In this document: one piece after another, positions 55,520 through 64,000 of the stretch | Numbering within the stretch: the first letter of the stretch is position 1 | Layout: every line of letters begins with the position of its first letter | Assembly (NCBI GenBank): GCA_012295275.1 | Contig: CM022679.1 | Coordinates: 1 to 64,000 of the forward strand | Length of the DNA: 64,000 bases | Direction of reading: 5' to 3' | From: Chrysomallon squamiferum | Taxonomy: Eukaryota; Animalia; Mollusca | The notes under the pieces: generated by a model | The model's database searches: none | What the model saw: only the letters and a program-made list of their open reading frames with translations | Told to the model about the DNA's origin: nothing | Position numbers and translations under genes: made by a program

Positions 55520-55690
55520 TGACAACACTGGCTGTTAGAACATTGCCTCAGGCATGGTAGATCCAAGGATCGATTCTCTGTAATGTCATACTAAACTGTT
55601 TTATATTATACCACTGTTCTGTGAGTGATTTATCATAGTTTCCTGCCTGGGAGAAAGTACACAGAAAATATTACTTCTTGCTAAATGACA
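55520..55690 (+). mobile_element. tRNA-derived SINE relic
   Basis: gttagaacattgcc...GGATCGATTC B-box-like, accactgttc...tttatcatag...cttcttgctaaat tail shared with 47320 copy. Confidence 0.4.
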
Positions 55691-56189
55691 GTGTTTTTTA
55701 TCTTTAACTGTTTGAGTCTGAAATCTCTGTTGGGATATGAAGTAAATATCAAAATGAATATTTAATTATTAGAAGTATTTGACTGTTTATGTCTTACACA
55801 ATGGATGAGAAGTTAATATTTAAATGTTGTGTCACATGATCAAAGAAAGGGCAAACAGTACAGGTGTCACTCAAGTATTTCTGAGTGTATTTTTACCTGT
55901 GCAGGTAACAAGAACAAATAAGTCACTAAACCTGAATGTTTTACTGTAATGTATATCTTTACACCTACAGGTAACATGGTTATTTTTACCTGTGCAGGTA
56001 ACATACACATTAAAGTGGACTATTTTTGTGATGTCTGAGTGTAAGATAAAACTTCTCTTTGTTAAAGGGTCACTGCACAATAGTGTCTGTTTGTCTGTGT
56101 CACTGTGTATCTGTCTGACTCACTGCTTGTCTGTGTCTGTAACAGAGTGTCTGTGTGTCTGTTATGCAGTTTGTAATAAAAATCTGTTA

Positions 56190-56530
56190 TAAAACACATG
56201 AATAAAACATATAAACTTTAAAACTTACAAAACACATTATAAATAAAACATATATAAACTTTAAAACTTACAAAACACATTATAAATAAAACATATATAA
56301 ACTTTAAAACTTATAAAACACATTATAAATAAAACATATATAAACTTGAAAACTTATAAAACACATTATGAATAAAATATATATAAACTTGAAAACTTAC
56401 AAAACACATTATGAATAAAATATATATAAACTTGAAAACTTACAAAGCACATTATGAATAAAATATATATAATCTTGAAAACTTACAAAACACATTATGA
56501 ATAAAATGAATAAAACTGTAAAATTTACAA
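56190..56530. repeat. 43-bp minisatellite (aaacttacaaaacacattataaataaaacatatataaacttta)
   Basis: About 8 copies with progressive divergence. Confidence 0.93.
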
Positions 56531-58075
56531 AACTGAACAGCAGAGTTGAAATGTGACCAGTGTGAAGTGTAATAAAAATACTGATCTCCTACAACAACTC
56601 TACAGTTTGTTGTCACAGGCTTCCTTTGATCTTAGAGTACTAGACTAACAGTGAGAAACACCTGTCACTTGTTAATTACTAATTAAGACTTTTCTCTTAC
56701 CTGTACATGTTAATTAATGAATTGTGTAGTTAGAAACAAAGCTTAACTGAAGGTAATTAACTGACCTCACAATTAGTTTGACCTTGCAATTAAGAATAAA
56801 TTACACTTGCTTGACAATTACAACTTAATTTCACCTGACAATTAAAACTTAATTAATTTCACCTGACTCTACAAACATTGACATTTGGAAATGTCAGTGA
56901 AAAAAATTAAGTTGTGTATAAAACTGTGATAATTTTACAAGACAAAATCTTTAACCCTGGACAGCACTGTAGAGTTGTGAGAAATTTTGCTGTAGACTGT
57001 TTTGTTTTTGTCCACAAATAACTGGATACAAACTTTCAGGAAAATTCAAATACTGACTTCTGACAATGATTTTGGTGTGTAATGGTTTTGTTAATTCTTT
57101 TCGTTCATCTTAATATCTACTTCATATATTCATTTTATAGTTTTTAACTTTGCACTTTTTTCATAGTAATATATACTTCGTAGCTACTTCATACATATTT
57201 TATATCTGTTTTATATTATCTACGTCATACATCTATTTCATATATTTATTTTTATATTAACTTGGTACCATATTCATAGTAATATATACTTCATAGTTCC
57301 ATTCGTAATATCTACTTCATTCATCTATTCATAATATCTACTTTATAATATCTATTTCATAATATCAAATTCATAATATGAACTTCATACAACTCCTTCA
57401 TACTATCTACTTTGTACTAGCTGACATCAGCTAGTGACTATGTATCAGTTATACAGTCAGAGAGAACCAGTCAATATTTCTACAAAGTAAATCATTGATT
57501 TCTCAGTGAATAGAGTAAATGTTCCTTACAAACTGCAGCAGTCACACAATCAATGTTGATTTGTTTGAGATGTCATAACAAAGGCTGGGACACACATACA
57601 GACAAACAGACAGTGTACACACTTTGTTAAAGTCAGTGTCTTTTCACAATTCAGTGCAAACTCATCAAGTTAGATCTGTGTCAGTGTAGAACTAAGGTTG
57701 AAGAAACTCAAATACATGACTCAGATACTCAGAAACCAAAGTCGGAAGTGAGATATTATTACTAGTTTCACTTTCAGAATAATTTTTGTTAGTTCCTGGT
57801 ACACTTGTGAAATTGCTGCTTCATGAATGTTTTTTTTTTTTTTTAAAAGATTTCTATTTAGTTTTATTAATAACATACTAGTACATGTGTTGTCTGTCTG
57901 TAAGTTTTGGCATTTTTATTTTTTATCTATTTTTTGTTTAGATATGAATATGTTTTAAAATATATGTATATTGATGTGTAGGCCTGTGTTTGTTTCCCAG
58001 ATTGTAAGTTTATAGTTTTGGTTTCAGCAGTCTGTCTGTCTGTCTGTAAGTTTATAAAATAGTTTTTATTTTCAG

Positions 58076-58191
58076 CAAAGTGTCAGCCCGCAGCTTACAA
58101 GCCTGGCTCAGATGTTTGTCATGGCCGAGACTGGCTACAACAGCCACATCAGGTTCATCGACGAAACTGATGTAAGTAGTTTTATATGTAT

Positions 58192-58290
<99 letters not shown>

Positions 58291-59117
58291 CTGTCTCACT
58301 CCAAACACATCTTTTATCAAGTACAATTTATTAAAATATTCCTGTTCATATAAAGGTAAACTCACAAGTCAGCAAAGTATTCTTAGCAAATTCTTTACAG
58401 ACTGAGTATAGTGTTGTAAACAACTGACAGGTGGTTTGTAACCCTCCACTTTCCTCCAAATAACAACAGTGTTTTCCCATTCTTACTGTTTGTTTATGAC
58501 TCTCAGTCTAATGACTTTGATAAAGAAGACAGGTGAGCAAGCAATGAAGGAGGAAATTAAATGAGAAAAAACAAATGTGCTCAGTGACATTTACAGCTTG
58601 ATTCTGCTTCCAAACCTGATTAGATTTTTTAACTATCAGCAGTTTGTAAGTAAACTAAAAAAAAAAAAAAAAACACACCTGTTTTGTTTAACCAGCAAAC
58701 AGTTTATATTTTTATTTAGAAGATAAACTATTTATATTCTTAGTGATAACAAAAAATTTAGTACAAAATTTAATGGACAGTAATTACTTTGAATGAAATA
58801 TTTTGTATTTCTATAATAATACACTATTTAAATAAATATAAATAACTTAATATATTTTAATGAATTAATAGATATACAGTACTGTTATTAATATTATTAT
58901 TGCTGTTATTGTTATTTATTAATGAGTAACTAAATTATAATATATTTTAATAAACTGGTCTTGAACTGTCTTTAAGTTTACTTTTTACTCTTTTTTTTTT
59001 TTTTTGTTGTTGTTGTTTTTTTTTTTTTTAATTTAAGAAAGCAGTAAAATAATCTTAAAACAATTACCGCCATTTAAAGTTTTGAATATTTGGACCTATC
59101 TTAATCGTAAATTAATC

Positions 59118-59172
<55 letters not shown>

Positions 59173-60027
59173 TAAATAAATAAATATTTGGCATGGATGC
59201 CAAGAACTTGTCACCAGATTTTATTTGAGGAGTTAAAAATAAAACCGATGTTAGCAGCTCATTAACCTGATTCACGTTCTGGCGTTTCGGGGAGAAAAAT
59301 AAAACTATAAATAGACTGATTCCCTAATAAAATTAGCACTTGTTTACTTTGCTCAGCTATAATTCCAAGAATTTTTATTTGTCCAGTTGTAGTAAATGTA
59401 TAAAAATCTGCGTTATAAGATACATAATTTTCTACAAACGATTTTTTTTCGCCATTTTGTATTTTATATCGTAGATATCATTGTCTACCAAAGTAATTAT
59501 ATACATCTAGTATATGTATTTATTCACCGCAGACATTTTTTTTTTTTTAATCACCAGTATTTTACAAACAGTGTCAAAAATTTATAATTTAAAAATATTT
59601 ATTATATTCAAGGCTCTGATATTTCAAGATGGCAACTTGTTGGCTGGTTCTCTAGAAGCACTGATTCAACATCTTGTACCAACAGGAGACTACTACCCTG
59701 ACGTAAGTGATTTTCTGTAACGCCATCTTTAAAATCGTCCATACTTAAAAATATTTAATAGTAAAGTATAAAATAAATTTTCATTCAGGTTTATTTGCGT
59801 ATTTAATTAAATTTTATTGTCTATGGTGATGTTTTATTATTATTAAATTTTTTGTATGTGATATGTTTTATAATTTTATGTTTTATTTTCAGAGAACTTA
59901 CATCTTCGCATTCCTTCTCAGTTCTCGACTTTTTATACGACCTCACGAATTGCTCGGTGAAGTGTGTCAGGTTAGTTTTCTGTTTATTCATTTGTTTTAT
60001 TTATTACTGTTTTATTTTATTTTATTT

Positions 60028-60058
<31 letters not shown>

Positions 60059-62598
60059 CTAAAACGTTATTTATTTTATTTCTAAGAATGACAAGTATTA
60101 TATTTGATTAAAATTGATGCTACACATTTTCATTTTAATAATAAAATTCAGTAAAAGTTATTATCTCCTAATATGTATATAACTATTAAAATATTTGCCT
60201 GTTTTAATATTTCTTAAAAATTTATTTCCAGGTTTGCATTTTCCAGCAAAACCTAGCACGTGATAGAATTGATAAGGTAAATGTTTAAATTAATATTTTA
60301 GAATTTTTGAATAACATTAAAAACAATGTCTGTCTTCAAAACATTCCATTTTAATTGTAAACAGTAAAGATTATTAATTAATAAAAAGTATTTGTGAAAT
60401 TAGATTTTTTAAACTAATTTTACTTTTTTATCAGATTAAAATTGAATTTTGTGAAAATAATTTTTTTTAATTTTTTTTTATTTTCAGACTCTGCTAGGAA
60501 AGTTTGGTCCAAACATTGTCAGTCTGTTAGGGTAAGTGAAATTTTGATTTTTTTGAACAGTTTATATTATAGTTTGTGTTGTTTCAGTTGGTTAGAAAAC
60601 TGTCATCCTGCGTGTATTATAAGTAGTAATAAAGGAAAATGGTAGTAACTGGGTAATCATACAGTGAGTTATCTGGGCCAGGTACAATTTTTGTCTTAAC
60701 TTTGACAGATAACAGGTTCAGTTCTTCTTACTGCATACATTGAGTTTATATCCAGTTCCTGCCCTTGCTCCTCAAAGTCAGAATTATATAAGTATCTAGG
60801 TTTGGATATAAAATAGTTTGCTGCTAAAATAAAAGAGAGAGAGCAAGGAATCTCCGTTTGTTGACATTAATAATTGAAAAAATAGTAAAAAGTTATGACT
60901 GTTCATGTTAAATGTGTTTATGTGAGTTTTATTTATCTGCACAGGGAATGGACGGAATTGTTTCCATACGACTTCCGAGATGAGCTGATGATGAAGCACT
61001 TGAAAGACATCACACAGAGAATCCTCGCAATCTACCCCGAACTCCGCAAAGACATCAGCACCGTCATGCATAATCTCATTTCTAGGGTAGGTAACTCTAT
61101 ATGTACGATCTCACTTCACTTTCTTTTAATCCATCTTTCTATCCTCGTATCTCCATCTCTTTCTCTGTCTCACTTTCTCTTCTTTGCTGTTTTATGTTAA
61201 TTCTGTCTGAGCTGTTTAAATTTACTTTTTTTTCTTTTACCTTTTCTGTCTCAGAATGAAACAGAATTACAACAACTTCACATCAGCCATCTTGGTGCTA
61301 CTAAACTCAGGACAGTTTAAACTTAAAGTACATTGTATATTTGATTAACACATCACTGTTGTTGTTCAACACAGCTGTGTTGTGTCTGTGTTCAAACACA
61401 GAGATAAATACATCAGCTGATGTGTTGTATCAAACACACAGTAATAAACACATCAAACTGATCATCTTTATCTTCTAGCTCTTAGTCACAGTGTTTAGAA
61501 AATTAACTTGATAGGAAACTGTCCCTGGTACGTTATGGTGCAACATGGTACTTCATACTACAGACTTAATATGTTTACATCTATCACTAGAGATAAACTG
61601 AATAAGTAGCAAGCAGAGAAACAAATTTGTTAAAGTGCTTTACTGCAAATACCTCATCTCTCTCTTTCTCTCTTTTCTATGTATGTGCTGTCTGTTTCTT
61701 TCTGTCTTTTTCTCAAAATACATGTGTTTCTGTCTTTCTTTCAATCTTTGGGACATTCAAACTATTATTGGACTGATTTCATCTCTGAGATCATCTCACA
61801 TAAAACGGCCTGTATTTAATAAAACCCTGTATTGCCCACCAGTTTCACTTTTTAACCAGTCTGGCTGTTTTTACTTCGTGACATTTAACAATCAGGTTTC
61901 CATTGAGGCTGTTTTTGTGTCACAGTGAAAAGTGTTTGTTGTGTTTGTGTTTGTTGAGGATTAGCTGAAATTACTTTGGTTGTAGAGATAAAAACATCTG
62001 TGCTATTTCTAGACAGACAATCTTTTTCTTTCTTTACAATAGGTTTACAGTTCTATTTAAAGAGAAAATGAGACAGAGTGTGAGAAAGACACACACAGAT
62101 AAAGTGATAGGGGACGAGAAACAAAGAAAAGAGAAATATGTTGGGAATGAAAGAAAGAACAATTAGATGAATGCTGTTACACCAAAATGAAATGAGAATG
62201 AAATTTTAAAAAGAAAATGGAAAATACTTCTGACACACTTGAATAAACCTCTTTTGTTTTGGTTTGATTTCATGTTGATTTAAATTAAAAGAAAAAAATT
62301 GTTTTGCATTATTTACCTGTTATAACTGATAGTTACACTAAATGAAATTTTTGAGTACTTTGTTTTTATTTTCAGTTGTCGACATTACACAAGTACGAAG
62401 AAGTTTTGTACAAATTGAACTCAGAGGCTCAGCAGAAATCTCAGACTCAAGTTGTTCCTACAGTGAGTAATTTATATATATACTTATATCTATACACACA
62501 CACACACACACACACATGCATACACACACACGCATACACACACACACACACACACAGTACACAAAACACACACACACACACACACATACACACAAAAA

Positions 62599-62667
<69 letters not shown>

Positions 62668-62733
62668 CACACAAAAACACGCATACACACACACACACAC
62701 ACACACAGTACACAAACACACGCACAGACACAG

Positions 62734-62764
<31 letters not shown>

Positions 62765-62937
62765 TCACAGCATACACAAAAACACTAAAAGACGTTTGAT
62801 AGTGGGTACAGAAGTTTTAGTCAGTATTTTGCGGAAAAATGAAATAAATGTAATACACTTGTTTGTTGCAGACAGACATCATAGAAATCTGTCCTAATCC
62901 ACTGATCCTTGCTCAGCAGCTCACCCACATAGAACTG
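58076..62937 (+). CDS. RASGEF1B: Ras-GEF domain-containing family member 1 (RasGEF1A/B/C-like), N-terminal REM region and start of CDC25 domain; gene continues beyond window. Exons 58076-58171, 59613-59702, 59893-59970, 60232-60276, 60488-60531, 60945-61086, 62376-62462, 62872-62937
   Basis: All exons have AG/GT boundaries with compatible phases and splice to QSVSPQLTSLAQMFVMAETGYNSHIRFIDETD|ALIFQDGNLLAGSLEALIQHLVPTGDYYPD|RTYIFAFLLSSRLFIRPHELLGEVCQ|VCIFQQNLARDRIDK|TLLGKFGPNIVSLLG|EWTELFPYDFRDELMMKHLKDITQR...NLISR|LSTLHKYEEVLYKLN...|TDIIEICPNPLILAQQLTHIEL, matching RasGEF1 motifs as I recall them (GSLEALIQHLVP, YYPDRTYIF, EWTETFPYDFRDE, LAQQLTHIEL). Confidence 0.95.
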
Positions 62938-64000
62938 GTTAGTATTGTAATATCATCTTGGGTTAGTTAGTATTCTAATTTCATCTTGCGTTAGTATTTT
63001 AATACTGTTATTTTCTGTTAGGAGTTTAACATGATCTTGTGTTAGCTGGTTTTGTTATTTACTGTTAGTTTGTTAGTGTTATGTTGCTGTTAAGTTAACT
63101 TGTTTATGTGACAGTGTTAGCATGTCGGGTTTTCACAGGTAATTATTGTTATCAGATGGAAAAACATGACTATTACATTAATTCCTGTGGTGTGTTCTTT
63201 TTTAGCCTGTGCCCTGATGTCTCTGTAATATCTTTTTCTGCTAATCAGTAACATGCAATACAAAGGCATCAACATTTGTTTTTTTCATATTAATAATAAT
63301 AATAATAACAGCAGCATTTATATAATGCCTCATAAACTCTGTTTGATACTCTGTAAGCTTAATCACTACAAAGAAGAAATGCAAGAATGTATTAAACACC
63401 CAGATTTATTAATACTAATATATGCTGAGATATGAATAACAAAACTTTGATTCATGACCAGTAGTTTAGTCATTAACATACTTGAGCTGTATGAGTTGTT
63501 ATCACTAATCTGCATGGTGAATGTTGTTGTAACACTAAGATGACATCACGCTCCACCCTCTTGTCCACTTCCCATTGCTCTATGTGTCATGTCCTTAACA
63601 AGAATTTTAGTTGAATGGAAATGACCCAGGGTTGATAGGGGAGATCAGAGGAACAGTTGTGCCACTTATTTAAAGTTAAGTGCCACCTCATAACTGCTAA
63701 TTTTAATTATTATTTATTGTTTAGAACCCAGTTTCCATAAATTTCATTAAAATTAATTATTATTTGTTGTTTCTATCAATTTAATTGATATTAATAAAGA
63801 AGAAAATATTTCCCTATTTCTTGGAAGCTAAGATTTATTATTTTAGAAGAAAACCCAAAATATTATTATTTTTTGTTTAGAAAATGACTTTCATTTATTT
63901 GTTTAGTGCCAGTTGTTTAGACCAGTTCAGTGTGATGTATGTTCCAACACAAACTGAAACAGTCAGGCCAAGTGTTTTATTCTCTGTTAACAAGTGACAA

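Overview
AT-rich, microsatellite-laden eukaryotic (metazoan, most likely gastropod mollusc) genomic DNA; nearly all long ORFs in the supplied track are microsatellite artefacts. The right ~35 kb is the 5' part of one intact, intron-rich RasGEF1-family gene (+ strand; core coding exons 58076-62937, continuing past the window). It has a long 5' region with at least three apparent alternative first coding exons and two symmetric microexons, all phase 0, plus several non-coding first-exon candidates, tandem-repeat arrays (including a ~3 kb array of a 103-bp unit) and tRNA-derived SINE relics. The left ~20 kb is a graveyard: five decayed EGF exons (-), a decayed nSTAND3-type NTPase (+), two I/Nimb-like LINE relics, and an 8.4-kb element bounded by hAT-like CAGGG terminal inverted repeats (11323-19713) that contains a decayed, intron-containing Kolobok-type transposase gene rather than a hAT transposase. 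Family assignments are from motif recognition by eye, not database searches.
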